Shown piece by piece: positions 50,955-63,223 of a stretch of DNA of 64,000 nt. The translations under genes and the position numbers were made by a program. Below the pieces are notes generated by a model that was not told the DNA's origin, made no database searches, and saw only the letters and a program-made list of their open reading frames with translations. Within the stretch, counting starts at the first letter, position 1; each line of letters opens with the position of its first letter. Source of the stretch: Myxococcota bacterium (lineage in GTDB: Bacteria > Myxococcota_A > UBA796 > SXON01); assembly GCA_040386535.1 (NCBI GenBank), contig JAZKFH010000027.1:196064-260063 (forward strand), written 5' to 3'.

Positions 50955-51526
50955 GGCCGCCCGCCGTGCACATGGGGCGAGCCGTCGAGCCATCGCCGCT
51001 CGACCGTGGCGCCGAGGCCCTCGAGCACCTCCCAGGGGCGGCGATACAGGTCGGCCTGCGCGATCAGCTTGATCCAGGATGAAGCGGGGACCCAACGCTC
51101 GGCGTACACGTCGAAGATCACGAAGCGACCGCCCGGCGCGAGCAGGGACCAGGTCGCGGCGAGCACGGCCTCGAAGTCCGGGATCACGGAGAGGCCGAGG
51201 GTGCTCACGATCGCGTCGATGGGGCCGATGTCCGCGGGGGTGAGCGTGCGGGCGTCCCGCTGAAGGAGCGTGACCTGGGGCAGCTCGGCCACCCGCGTGC
51301 CGGCCCGCGCGAGCATGCCCGCGGAGAAGTCGACCCCGAGCACCGAGCCGGTGGGCCCGACCGCGGCGGCGAGCAGCGGGAGGTTCGGGCCGGTACCGCA
51401 CGCGAGGTCGAGCGCGCGTTGGCCGGGCGCGAGCCCCATCGCATTGATGACGCCGGCGCGGTAGTCCCGGTAGAAGCGCTCGACGCTACCGTCGTAGAAC
51501 GTCGCGAACGTGTCGTACCAGGACAT
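50927..51526 (-). CDS. Class I SAM-dependent methyltransferase
   Basis: [24 protein letters not shown]. Confidence 0.85.
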   Translation of the reverse strand: MSWYDTFATFYDGSVERFYRDYRAGVINAMGLAPGQRALDLACGTGPNLPLLAAAVGPTGSVLGVDFSAGMLARAGTRVAELPQVTLLQRDARTLTPADIGPIDAIVSTLGLSVIPDFEAVLAATWSLLAPGGRFVIFDVYAERWVPASSWIKLIAQADLYRRPWEVLEGLGATVERRWLDGSPHVHGGRPYLAVARKP

Positions 51527-51545
51527 GCGGCCTCCGCAGGGCGCT

Positions 51546-52331
51546 CTACCGTGACTCGCAGTCCAGCGTGAGCTTGAAGTTGGTCTCGGCCTCGTCGGGG
51601 CTGTCGACGTAGACCAGGAAACGGTCGCCCTCGAACCCGGTGAAGGTCACGATGTCGTCCCCCTCGTCGGTGCCCGCCTCGCACTCGATCACGCTGTTGG
51701 ACGAGGTGGGGCAGGTGTCCTCGGGCCAGTCCACGACGAACAGGTCGACGTCCTCGCACGGCGCGTTCAGGGTCGCGGTGACCGCCGTGGTCTCGTCGAA
51801 CGAGATCTCGTAGACGCGGTCGGTGCCCTCGTAGTCCTCGGGGAACGGGGTGCAGTACCAGGCGAGGTAGCTGTCGTGGTGCCCGGCGTGCCCGCCGCCC
51901 GCCGTGGTCGCCTCGAGGGTCTCGCCGCACGTGAGCGTGCTGGTGACACAGTCCGGGCCCCCGGGCGACGCGCTGTCGAGCACCTCGTCGCAGAAGCCGG
52001 GGTCGGTGGTATCCGTATCGGTGTCGGCGTCCGTATCCGCATCGGTGTCGGCGTCCGTGTCCGCATCGGTGTCGGCGTCCGTGTCCGCGTCGGTGTCCGA
52101 GTCCGTGTCGGTGTCCGAATCCGCGTCGGTGTCGGAGTCGGTGTCCGTGTCGGTGTCGCCGTCCGTGTCGGTATCGGTGTCCGTGTCGGTGTCCGCGTCG
52201 CCCTCGGTGTCGGCGACACACTCGCCGCCTTCCTCGTGGGTGCCCGACCCGCACGCGAGGGTGTCGTCGTCATCGGACTTGCCGCCGGAGCAGCCGGCGA
52301 GGAGGGCGAGGAGCAGGAGGGGAGCGCGCAT
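51546..52331 (-). CDS. Lipoprotein with (DT/DA)n tract and a PPC-like C-terminal domain
   Basis: LLAGC; DT run; DVDLFV and FLVYVD. Confidence 0.75.
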   Translation of the reverse strand: MRAPLLLLALLAGCSGGKSDDDDTLACGSGTHEEGGECVADTEGDADTDTDTDTDTDGDTDTDTDSDTDADSDTDTDSDTDADTDADTDADTDADTDADTDADTDTDTTDPGFCDEVLDSASPGGPDCVTSTLTCGETLEATTAGGGHAGHHDSYLAWYCTPFPEDYEGTDRVYEISFDETTAVTATLNAPCEDVDLFVVDWPEDTCPTSSNSVIECEAGTDEGDDIVTFTGFEGDRFLVYVDSPDEAETNFKLTLDCESR

Positions 52332-52361
52332 CGGACGTCCGGGGAGGCACGCCAGTATAGA

Positions 52362-53150
52362 TCAGGCCTCCCGTTCGGGCGTGCCCTCCGCGTAGACGGT
52401 CCACCGCTCCGGGCGAAGCCAGCCGATGAGCGTCATGCCGGCGGCGCGGGCCACGTCGACCGCGAGTGAGGTGGGCGCGCCGAGCGTGACGACGAGGGGG
52501 ACCCGCGCCACGAGCGCCTTCTGGACGATCTCGAACCCGGCGCGGCTCGACACGAGCAGGCCGAGGCCGGCGAAGTCGAGGGCGTCCGCGCGCAGCCGCG
52601 CGCCGAGCACCTTGTCGACAGCGTTGTGGCGGCCCACGTCCTCACGCAGGTTGAACAAGGCGCCGCTCGCGTCGAACAGGGCGGCGCCGTGGAGCCCCCC
52701 GGTGGAGCGGAACGCGCCCTGGCCGGCGCGCAAGGCGTCGGGGAGCCCGGCGAGGACGGCGGGGGAGGGCATCCAGCCGACGACGCCGTCGAACCGGGTG
52801 CGGAGGCGGTCGATGGAGGCCTTGCCGCAGATGCCGCACGAGCTGTTGGCGTAGAGGGCGCGGTCCGCCGAGCGGGCCCGGGCCGCGGGGACACCCTCGG
52901 CGAGGCGCACGTCGACGGTGTTCTCGCCTACGATCGCGAGCGCGCGCAGATCGTCGGGCCCGTCCACCACGCCCTCGGTGAACAGGAAGCCGGCGGCGAG
53001 GTCGAGATCGTCGCCGGGGGTGCGCATCGTGATGGCGGCGGGGATGCCCTCGACGCGGAGCTCCAGGGGCTCTTCGACCGCGATGGCGTCGAGGTCTTCA
53101 AGTGATTCGCCGCCTACGAAGCGACGGACGACGATCTCCCGGCTTCTCAC
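52362..53150 (-). CDS. fdhD: Formate dehydrogenase accessory sulfurtransferase FdhD
   Basis: EEPLE, MRTPGDD, SSCGICGK, TGGLH.AA, EDVGRHNAVDK. Confidence 0.93.
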   Translation of the reverse strand: MRSREIVVRRFVGGESLEDLDAIAVEEPLELRVEGIPAAITMRTPGDDLDLAAGFLFTEGVVDGPDDLRALAIVGENTVDVRLAEGVPAARARSADRALYANSSCGICGKASIDRLRTRFDGVVGWMPSPAVLAGLPDALRAGQGAFRSTGGLHGAALFDASGALFNLREDVGRHNAVDKVLGARLRADALDFAGLGLLVSSRAGFEIVQKALVARVPLVVTLGAPTSLAVDVARAAGMTLIGWLRPERWTVYAEGTPEREA

Positions 53151-53153
53151 CTG

Positions 53154-55424
53154 TCAGATCCGCTCGATCCGCACCACCGCGTTGTAGTCCGGCTCCTCCG
53201 AGCGCGGATCGATGCGGCGGCCGATGAGCACGTTGCACTCGGGCCAATAGGCCTGGAGGATGCCCGTGCGGATGTCGGCGCGGCGGAGCGTCACGTCCAT
53301 CTTGCCGATCTCGCTCGTGACGCGGGCGCGGGCGCCGTCGGCCAGGCCGAGCTTCATCAGGTCGGCTTCGCTGATGAGGATGTCGTCCCGCGCGCGGCCG
53401 CCCTGGAGCGGGTCGTGGTCCTTGATGACGATGCTGTTGAACTGCTTGCCGCGGCGCGTCGTGAGGTAGTAGGCGCCCTCGGGCACCTCGATACGTTTTG
53501 GTTCGAGCAGGGTGAACCGGGCCTTCTCGTCGGGCATCCCCGCGAACTTGCCGCCGACGCACAGCTGTGCGCCGCCCCACTGCACCCAGTCGCCCGCCTT
53601 CTCCAGCTTGTCGATGCCGGCGTAGAGCGGCACCGTGGCGGCGATCTCCTTCCGGATCACGCTCGCGTCGGCATAGGTGAGCTGCTCGGCGGTGCCGGGG
53701 AAGGCCGCCATGACCACCTGACAGGGGATCTCGTACTCGGGCCGGCTCTCGCCCACCTGGGGGTGCCCGGGGATCTCGGGCGAGAAGCGGATGCGGCGCT
53801 CGGTGTTGGTCGACGTGCCGCCGCCGCGCTGCTCGTAGCGGGTCTGCGCGGGCAGCACGAGCACGGTGTCGGCGCCTTCGAGCACGGTCGACGTGTTGAA
53901 CACGATGTCCTGGTGGATGCGGAACTTGACCTTGGCGTAGGCGTCGGCGACCCACACCGGATCGGGCAGGACGGCGAACAGGTTGCCGCCCACGTTGTAC
54001 AGAAAGTCGATGCCGCCCTCGCCCATGCGCTCGACCATGCGCATCGTCGTGAGCCCCTTGGTGCGCGGCAGCGGATGTTGCCAGTGCTGCTCGAAGCGCT
54101 GGAGGTTCTCCTCGGTGAGCGGGATCCCGCCGGGGAGGATGCCAGGGGCCACGCCGCACTCGCCGCCGCCCTGCACGCCCGAGTGGCCGCGGATGGGGAG
54201 GATGCCGGTCTTCTCGCGGCCGATCATGCCGCGCGACAGGTGCAGGTTGACGATGGCCTCGACGTTCTCGGTGCCGAACGTGTGTTGGGTCAGGCCCATC
54301 GAGTAGATCGTGACGCACGTCCGCGCGCGGCCGTAGAGCTCCGCGAGCCACTCGATGCGCGGCTTGTCGACGCCGGAGTCGCGCACGATGTCGTCCCACG
54401 CCATCGCGGTGACGTGGGCTTCCAGATCGGCCCAACCCGTCGTGTGCGCGTCGACGTAGGCGCGGTCGACGCCGCCGGTCTCGATCAGCGACTTGAGCAC
54501 GCCGTTGAGCAGCGCGATGTCGCCGCCGACCTGCACGGGCACGAAGTCGTCCATGAGCGTGGTGCCGAACAGCGCGCTCTTCGGCATGGACGGCACCCAG
54601 TAGGACTCGAGGCCCTTCTCGCGCACCGGGTTGATGACGACGATGCGGGTGCCCTGCGCCTTGGCGTGCGCGAGGTACTTCATCGTGACCGGCTGGTTGT
54701 TGGCGATGTCCGTGCCCCAGAGCAGGAGCAGGTCGGTGCCGATCAGATCCTTGAGCGAGCAGGTGGGCGCGCCGACGCCGATCGTGGCCTTGAGGCCCGA
54801 CACCGTGGCCTGATGGCACAGCCGCGCGCACAGGTCGACGTTGTTGGTGCCCGCGAGCCGCGCGGCCTTGGTGAACGCGTAGTAGACCTCGTTCGTGATG
54901 CCGCGCGAGGTGGCGAACCACGCCTGGCGCTCGGGCGCCGTTTCGCGGAGGGCGGCGCCGGCCATCGCGAGCGCGTCGTCCCACGAGATGCGTCGGAAGC
55001 CGCGATCGTTCTTGCGGTACACGAGCGGGTAGGGGATGCGCCCGAGCGCCTGGAGCTGGCGGTTGTCCATGCGGCGGAGGTGGTGGATGTCCGCCACGTC
55101 CGCCGGGACGAACGCCGGCATCGTGTTGAGCCGGAGCAGCTTCAGGCGGGTGGTGCAGAGGTGCGTGCCCTCGATGACGTCGTCCTTCAGCCCGCGGGGG
55201 CCCAAGGAGCAGCCGTCACACACGCCCTTGTTCAGGATGCGCCATGCGTACGGGAGGCTGTCCCGGTTCTCCCACAACACCTCCGCCATCTCGAGCATGT
55301 GGTGCGGCTTCTGCCGGCCCAGGCCGAACGGGGCGAGGGAGGCGATCCGGTCGGTGCCGCGCACCGGCTCTCGGGAGCTCGGCGAGGAGCTCGGAGGGGA
55401 GGATGAAGGAGGGTTCACGCTCAT
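53154..55424 (-). CDS. FdhF/YdeP-family molybdopterin oxidoreductase
   Basis: CDGC.LG, CARLCH, GLTQH, PIRGHSGVQG, TTRRGKQFNS, PDYNA. Confidence 0.92.
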   Translation of the reverse strand: MSVNPPSSSPPSSSPSSREPVRGTDRIASLAPFGLGRQKPHHMLEMAEVLWENRDSLPYAWRILNKGVCDGCSLGPRGLKDDVIEGTHLCTTRLKLLRLNTMPAFVPADVADIHHLRRMDNRQLQALGRIPYPLVYRKNDRGFRRISWDDALAMAGAALRETAPERQAWFATSRGITNEVYYAFTKAARLAGTNNVDLCARLCHQATVSGLKATIGVGAPTCSLKDLIGTDLLLLWGTDIANNQPVTMKYLAHAKAQGTRIVVINPVREKGLESYWVPSMPKSALFGTTLMDDFVPVQVGGDIALLNGVLKSLIETGGVDRAYVDAHTTGWADLEAHVTAMAWDDIVRDSGVDKPRIEWLAELYGRARTCVTIYSMGLTQHTFGTENVEAIVNLHLSRGMIGREKTGILPIRGHSGVQGGGECGVAPGILPGGIPLTEENLQRFEQHWQHPLPRTKGLTTMRMVERMGEGGIDFLYNVGGNLFAVLPDPVWVADAYAKVKFRIHQDIVFNTSTVLEGADTVLVLPAQTRYEQRGGGTSTNTERRIRFSPEIPGHPQVGESRPEYEIPCQVVMAAFPGTAEQLTYADASVIRKEIAATVPLYAGIDKLEKAGDWVQWGGAQLCVGGKFAGMPDEKARFTLLEPKRIEVPEGAYYLTTRRGKQFNSIVIKDHDPLQGGRARDDILISEADLMKLGLADGARARVTSEIGKMDVTLRRADIRTGILQAYWPECNVLIGRRIDPRSEEPDYNAVVRIERI

Positions 55425-55532
55425 TTCACGCCCCTAATTCGCCCGGCGTGCAGCTGTGGAGGGGCGTCGCGGCGCAGGGTTGCCCTTTCCGGTCGTGGAA
55501 CCCGCGCTTACCGTCCCGCTCGCGAGCCTCAC

Positions 55533-57869
<2,337 letters not shown>

Positions 57870-57912
57870 GCGCTACGAACCTGCGACGATCACGGGGCTC
57901 TGCCGACGCGGG

Positions 57913-58164
57913 CTAGAGAGCCGTGTCGTCGCTCGTTGCTTCGGAGCAGCCGGTGCCGTTCGCGTCGTCCTCGGCCTGGAGCTGGGTGAGGCTGGACTCG
58001 CACGCGTCCTGCAGCTCGGGATCGGTGCCGTCGTTCTCGGTGCGGCACTGGTCACAGTCGTAGGCAGCCTCGCCTTCGTGGCACTCGCAGACGTAGTCGC
58101 AGTAGTCCACGCAGGGGTCGCCGAAGTCGACGCCGAAACAAGCGGAGAGGAGGAGGAGCAGCAT
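57913..58164 (-). CDS. Small Cys-rich lipoprotein
   Basis: MLLLLLSAC plus 8 further Cys. Confidence 0.65.
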   Translation of the reverse strand: MLLLLLSACFGVDFGDPCVDYCDYVCECHEGEAAYDCDQCRTENDGTDPELQDACESSLTQLQAEDDANGTGCSEATSDDTAL

Positions 58165-58184
58165 GGCGGGTTAGTAACGCCCGG

Positions 58185-58946
58185 ATGCATCCCTCGCTGT
58201 CCGATCGTGTGGTGGTGGTCACGGGCGCCACGAGCGGGATCGGCCGCGCGACGGCCCTCCGCTTCGCGAAGGCGGGCGCGAAGGTCGTGGCGACCGGACG
58301 GGATCAGCGGCGGCTCGCCGAGATCGCGCCCGAGGTCGACTGCACGCTCACGCTCGACGTGACCGACCCGGAAGGTGTCGCGATCTTCGCCGCGGCGGTG
58401 GTCGATCGGTACGGCGGGGCCGACGTCCTCGTGAACAACGCGGGCATCGGGCTCTTCGAAGGGTGGGAGACGACGGAGGACGCGGCGCTTCGCCGCGTGA
58501 TGGACGTGAACCTGCACGGTGCCGTGGCCGTCGCGCGGGCCCTGCTCCCGTCCCTGATCGCGCGAAAGGGCGTGCTGGTGCAGGTCGCGAGCGTGGCGGG
58601 CAAGCGCGGCTACGCGAAACACACCGCCTACTGCGCCGCCAAACACGCGCTCGTGGGCTGGTCCGAGGCGCTGCGGCACGATCTGCGCGGCACCGGCTGC
58701 GACGTGGTCGTCGTGTGCCCGCCCGCCGTGCGCACCCCGTTCTTCGAGAACGCCGGCTACCTCACCTTCGACGAGGACCACCCCAACCTCGTGCCGATGA
58801 CGGCGGACGCGGTCGCCGCCGGCATCGTGGACGCCGCGGCGACGCGCCCCCGGACCGTCATCCTCTCGCCGCGAGCGCGCGCGCTCTACGCGCTCTCGGT
58901 GGTGGCGCCGGCCCTGCTGGAGCGGATCCAGGGGCTCAAGCGGTAG
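58185..58946 (+). CDS. Short-chain dehydrogenase/reductase
   Basis: TGATSGIG, VNNAG, YCAAK. Confidence 0.9.
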   Translation: MHPSLSDRVVVVTGATSGIGRATALRFAKAGAKVVATGRDQRRLAEIAPEVDCTLTLDVTDPEGVAIFAAAVVDRYGGADVLVNNAGIGLFEGWETTEDAALRRVMDVNLHGAVAVARALLPSLIARKGVLVQVASVAGKRGYAKHTAYCAAKHALVGWSEALRHDLRGTGCDVVVVCPPAVRTPFFENAGYLTFDEDHPNLVPMTADAVAAGIVDAAATRPRTVILSPRARALYALSVVAPALLERIQGLKR

Positions 58947-61134
58947 GGGACCTGCGGCGGACCACGGCGCCGAGCGCGAGCAGGCCGAGCGCGAGGCCCG
59001 CGGCGGGCGACGTGGTCGAACAGCCGCAGCCGTCCTTGACCTTGTCCTGGCCCGAACCGCCGGTGTCCTCGACGACCGGCTCCCCGGTGTCCCCCGTGTC
59101 GCAATCCGTGACCGACGGGTCTGTGTCGTCGCAGTCCTCGTCCGCCACGAGGCCGTCCCCGTCCTGGTCGGTGTCGTTGCCGTCACAGTCCTGGTCGATG
59201 CCGTCGTACCAGACCTCGGTCGCGTCGGGGTTCACCGCGGAGTTGGCGTCGTCACAGTCCTCGTCCACCGCGGCGCCGTCGCCATCGACATCGTACTCGT
59301 CCGCGTCCACGCAGTCGGTGACCACGCCGTCGTAGGGCTCGTCGGGCGCGCCGGTGTACACCGCGGGGTCGGCGTCGTCGCAGTCGGTGCCGCCGTGGCT
59401 CGCGGAGTCCTGGCCGTCCACGTCCTGGTCGAAGTCGGAGTTGGCGGCGCAGTCGGCGTCCACGCCGTCGTACCAGGCGTCGGGCGCGCCGGGGAACGTG
59501 CTGGCGAGCACATCGTCGCAGTCCGTGCCGGCCGGGTGGCCGTCGCCGTCCTGGTCGTCGTCGTTGCCGTCACAATCCTGGTCGACCGCGTCGTACCAGA
59601 CCTCGGGCGCGTCGGGACGCACGTCCGCCGAGGTGTCGTCGCAGTCGAGCGCGTCGTCGGTGTAGCCGTCGGGCTGGGTGCACGCGCGGGTCGTGTCGCC
59701 GGCCGAGCCCCAGCCGTCCGTGTCGGCGTCGAGGTACCACGTCAGGGCGTCGGCGGCGTCGGCCTCGTCGACCGTGCCGTCGCAGTCGTCGTCGACCGTG
59801 TTGCACGACTCCACGCCGCCCGGCAAGATGGCGGCGTTCGCGTCGTTGCAGTCCTCGCACGCGGTCACGCCGTCGCCGTCGTTGTCCTCGGTGCCGGCCG
59901 AGCCGTCGCAGTTGTAGTCGACCGCCTCGTCGCAGACCTCGCGGGCGCCGGGGTTGTAGCGGTTGTCGCCGTCGTCGCAGTCGCCGGGGACCGCGGTGTA
60001 GCCCGAGGGCACAGCGCACCGCGCCACCGTCGCGTCGCCGCCGTAGCCGTCCCGGTCGGCGTCCGCATAGAACGTCGAGGTCCCGGTGACACCGCTGTCG
60101 GCGTCGTCCGCGCGCGTGTCGCAGTCCTCGTCCAGATCGAGGGCGTCGCACACCTCGGCCGCGTCGGGGTTGACGCCGCCCCGGGTATCGTCGCAGTCGC
60201 CGCCGTCGACGACGTAGCCGGCGGGTGCCGAGCATTCGTGCAAGGAGACGGACTCGTCCCCGTACCCGTCCGCGTCGGCGTCACGGTAGAACAGCTCCAC
60301 GTCGACCGAGTCCGGGCCGTCGATCGCGCCGTCGCAATCCTGGTCGATCCCGTCGCACACCTCGAACGTGTCCGGGCGGATGTCGAAGTTGGTGTCGTCA
60401 CAGTCGCCCGCCACGGTCAGGTGGCCCGCGAGCGCGCTGCAGCTGCGCGTCATCGCGTCGTCGTCGCCGTAGCCGTCTCCGTCGTCATCGGGCCAGTACG
60501 CGGTGCCGTCGGTCGGGCTCTCGTCGACCGTGCCGTCGCAGTCCTCGTCCACGCCGTCGCACGTCTCCGCCGCGCCGGGAAACACGCCGCGGTCGTCATC
60601 GTCGCAGTCGGCCCCGGTGCCGTCGTCACACGCTTCGACGCCGTCCCCGTCGAGGTCGTCACAGCCGTCGTCCACCGTGAGCGTGAGGTTCGACGCGAGC
60701 GCCCACGCGTCTCCCGAGTCGCTCCGGTTGTTGTTCACCGCGTTGCCGGCGCCGCGCAGGGTGTAGGTGCCCTCGGCCGTGGGCGCGGTCCACGCGAAGT
60801 TGAAGGTGACCGATCCCGCGGACATCGAGGTCGTGGCCGAGTGGGTGACCTCGCTCGCGGCCACCCGCGTGTTGGAGCCCGCGCGGAGCGTGCCGCCGGA
60901 CACCGACACGTCGAGGCCGGCCCCCGTGTAGGACGCGCCCGAGTTCGCGACGACCATCGTGAGCGTGATGGCCTCGCCCGGGGCGACCACCGTGTCGGAC
61001 GCCGCCAGCGTGGCGGTCGTGGAGGCGGAGGCGGTGGCGCCGTGGCACGCGCCGCACCCGGTGGTGGAGCTGCCGGTCTTTCCGGCGCTGGAGGCGAACG
61101 CCGGGGAGGTCGCGAGGAGGAGGAGCAGGCTCAT
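58936..61134 (-). CDS. Surface protein: N-terminal CxxCH/Reeler-like domain, Cys/Asp repeats and MYXO-CTERM tail
   Basis: SSAGKTG...GCGACHG, F.WTAP, GNAVN; WYDGIDQDCDG repeats; GCGCST...hydrophobic...RRR. Confidence 0.83.
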   Translation of the reverse strand: MSLLLLLATSPAFASSAGKTGSSTTGCGACHGATASASTTATLAASDTVVAPGEAITLTMVVANSGASYTGAGLDVSVSGGTLRAGSNTRVAASEVTHSATTSMSAGSVTFNFAWTAPTAEGTYTLRGAGNAVNNNRSDSGDAWALASNLTLTVDDGCDDLDGDGVEACDDGTGADCDDDDRGVFPGAAETCDGVDEDCDGTVDESPTDGTAYWPDDDGDGYGDDDAMTRSCSALAGHLTVAGDCDDTNFDIRPDTFEVCDGIDQDCDGAIDGPDSVDVELFYRDADADGYGDESVSLHECSAPAGYVVDGGDCDDTRGGVNPDAAEVCDALDLDEDCDTRADDADSGVTGTSTFYADADRDGYGGDATVARCAVPSGYTAVPGDCDDGDNRYNPGAREVCDEAVDYNCDGSAGTEDNDGDGVTACEDCNDANAAILPGGVESCNTVDDDCDGTVDEADAADALTWYLDADTDGWGSAGDTTRACTQPDGYTDDALDCDDTSADVRPDAPEVWYDAVDQDCDGNDDDQDGDGHPAGTDCDDVLASTFPGAPDAWYDGVDADCAANSDFDQDVDGQDSASHGGTDCDDADPAVYTGAPDEPYDGVVTDCVDADEYDVDGDGAAVDEDCDDANSAVNPDATEVWYDGIDQDCDGNDTDQDGDGLVADEDCDDTDPSVTDCDTGDTGEPVVEDTGGSGQDKVKDGCGCSTTSPAAGLALGLLALGAVVRRRSPTA

Positions 61135-61166
61135 CCATGGCGATTACATCCGCCGAGGCTACCCCG

Positions 61167-61976
61167 TCAATCGATGTCTTCGTCCAGCGTGCCGCGGCCG
61201 CCCGCGATGAACTCGCGGACGTAGCGGATGTCGGCCTTCTCTGTCTCCTCCGCCGTGCCGGTGAACGCGATGCGCTTGTTGTAGAGCATCGCGATGCGGT
61301 CGCTCACGGTGAAGCAGGAGTCCATGTCGTGGGTCACGACGATGCTGGTCACGCCGAGGCGCTTCTGGAGCGACAGGATGAGGCCGTTGATGCGCCGCAC
61401 GTTGATGGGATCGAGCCCGGTGGTGGGCTCGTCGTAGAGGATGACCTCGGGCTTGATCGCGATGGCGCGGGCGAGGCCCACACGCTTGCGCATGCCGCCG
61501 GAGAGCGCCGCCGGCTTGAGCAGCTCGGTGCCGGGGAGCCCGACCATGTCGAGCACCTCCTCCACGCGCTGGTCCATCTCCTTCTCGGTGCCCCAGTGGT
61601 GCTCGCGCAGGGGGTACTTGATGTTCTGCGCCACGGTCAGCGAGTCGAACAGGGCGCCGCTCTGGAACAGGAACCCGAACCGCCTGCGGATGGGCCCCAT
61701 GCCGCGCTCGTCGAGCTTCGTGACCTCCTGGCCGAACGCCTGGATGCTCCCCGCGTCGGTCGAGAGCAGGCCCGTGAGCATCTTGAGGAGTACGCTCTTG
61801 CCAGTGCCCGAGCCGCCGATGATCGTGAGGGTCTCCCCCGGGTACACGTCGAGCGTGCAGTCCTCGTAGATGACCTTGGGGCCGAACGCCTTCTTCACGC
61901 CGACAAAACGGATGATCGGCTCGGCCGCGACGGGCTCGGGGAGGCCATCCTGGGGGAGAACGGTGGGTTCAGCCAT
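61167..61976 (-). CDS. mlaF: ABC transporter ATP-binding protein MlaF/Mkl
   Basis: GGSGTGKS, FQSGALFDSL, LSGGMRKRVGLARA, LYDEPTTGLDP. Confidence 0.88.
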   Translation of the reverse strand: MAEPTVLPQDGLPEPVAAEPIIRFVGVKKAFGPKVIYEDCTLDVYPGETLTIIGGSGTGKSVLLKMLTGLLSTDAGSIQAFGQEVTKLDERGMGPIRRRFGFLFQSGALFDSLTVAQNIKYPLREHHWGTEKEMDQRVEEVLDMVGLPGTELLKPAALSGGMRKRVGLARAIAIKPEVILYDEPTTGLDPINVRRINGLILSLQKRLGVTSIVVTHDMDSCFTVSDRIAMLYNKRIAFTGTAEETEKADIRYVREFIAGGRGTLDEDID

Positions 61977-62727
61977 AAAGCGCCAGGAAGAGCTTGGTGA
62001 GGAAGAAGTTGGACACGAGCAGCCCGATGGCGCCGATGACGACGGCCTGGGTGGTCGAGTGGCCCACGCCCTCCGTGCCGCCGGTGGTGTTGAGCCCGAC
62101 GTAGCAGCCGACGATGCCGATGATGTACCCGAACGCGACGGACTTCATCAGGCCGTGCATCAGGTCGGAGATCCACAGGGTGTCGAGGATCTGGGCGTAG
62201 AAGAAGCTCGGGGTGATCCCGACCTCGCGCACGGTGATGATCATCGCGCCGCCGATGCCGACCACGTTCGCGAGCATCGTGAGCAGCGGGAGCACGAGCA
62301 CGCACGCGAACACGCGCGGGGCCACGAGCTTCTTGATGGGATCGGCGCCGAGGGCGCGGATCGCGTCGACCTGCTCGGTCACGACCATCGAGCCGAGCTC
62401 GGCGGCGAACCCGCTGCCGACGCGCCCGCCCACGAGCAGCGCGGTGAGCATGGGCCCGAGCTCGCGCACGATGCCGAGCGCGGCGAGCTTGCCGGTGTAC
62501 ATGCTCGCGCCGTAGGGCTCCAGGCCGGTCGAGAACTGGAGCGCGAGCACCATCCCCGTGAACACCGCGGTGAGCACGGTGATCGACCAGCTCTGGATGC
62601 CCGCAGTGTCGAACTGGTTGATGAGCGGCCGCAGCTCGATCGGGAGCCGCCAGAACGCGAAGAACGTGCTCCAGGTCAGCCGCGCCACGGCGCCCATGTG
62701 CCGGAGGAAGTTGACGAACCCTCTCAC
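61969..62727 (-). CDS. mlaE: ABC transporter permease MlaE
   Basis: RELGP, GRVGS..AAELGSM.VTEQVDA, GVG.STT.AVV. Confidence 0.9.
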   Translation of the reverse strand: MRGFVNFLRHMGAVARLTWSTFFAFWRLPIELRPLINQFDTAGIQSWSITVLTAVFTGMVLALQFSTGLEPYGASMYTGKLAALGIVRELGPMLTALLVGGRVGSGFAAELGSMVVTEQVDAIRALGADPIKKLVAPRVFACVLVLPLLTMLANVVGIGGAMIITVREVGITPSFFYAQILDTLWISDLMHGLMKSVAFGYIIGIVGCYVGLNTTGGTEGVGHSTTQAVVIGAIGLLVSNFFLTKLFLALYG

Positions 62728-62737
62728 AGCAGCCTTT

Positions 62738-63223
62738 TCATAGGGGCGTGAACCCGGCGAGGATGCGCTCGTACGCGTCCCAGCCCAGCTCGAACGTGTC
62801 GGGGGGCGCGATGAGGGCGAGATCGTAGGTGCACGCGCCGCGGTTCATCACGCCGAGCGCGACCGTGATCGGCACCCCGTCGAGTCGGCCCGAGTGGACG
62901 CGCAACACACCTTCCCGCCCGCCGAACTCGCGCAGCTCGTCCCGCGTGGTGGTCACCTCGCGCATGCCGGCGGTGAGCTCGGTCGCGAGGTCCTCCGTGC
63001 GGGACTCGCTGTACCGCGGCCCGCAGTTGGAGTCCGTGTAGATCGCGGCCTTCAAGGCGCCGTTGTACCAGGCGCGGTCCGCGCCGCCCGCGTCGACCGC
63101 CTCCCAGCCCTCGCCCGGGGCGGGGAGGGTGTACCGGTTCTCGAGCCGCTTCGCGCGCACGTGGCTCGACGGCATGCAGGCCGAGAGGCCCACGAGCGCG
63201 AGGAGGAGCCACCCACGCTTCAT
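62738..63223 (-). CDS. Hypothetical lipoprotein (possible PsbP/DcrB-like fold)
   Basis: MKRGWLLLALVGLSAC at 63223; ATGA overlap with the upstream ATPase. Confidence 0.65.
   Translation of the reverse strand: MKRGWLLLALVGLSACMPSSHVRAKRLENRYTLPAPGEGWEAVDAGGADRAWYNGALKAAIYTDSNCGPRYSESRTEDLATELTAGMREVTTTRDELREFGGREGVLRVHSGRLDGVPITVALGVMNRGACTYDLALIAPPDTFELGWDAYERILAGFTPL

Noticed and set aside
57913..58164. CECH as a heme-binding motif or RiPP precursor
   Set aside because: CxCH spacing is not CxxCH; no maturase adjacent; looks like a disulfide-rich lipoprotein
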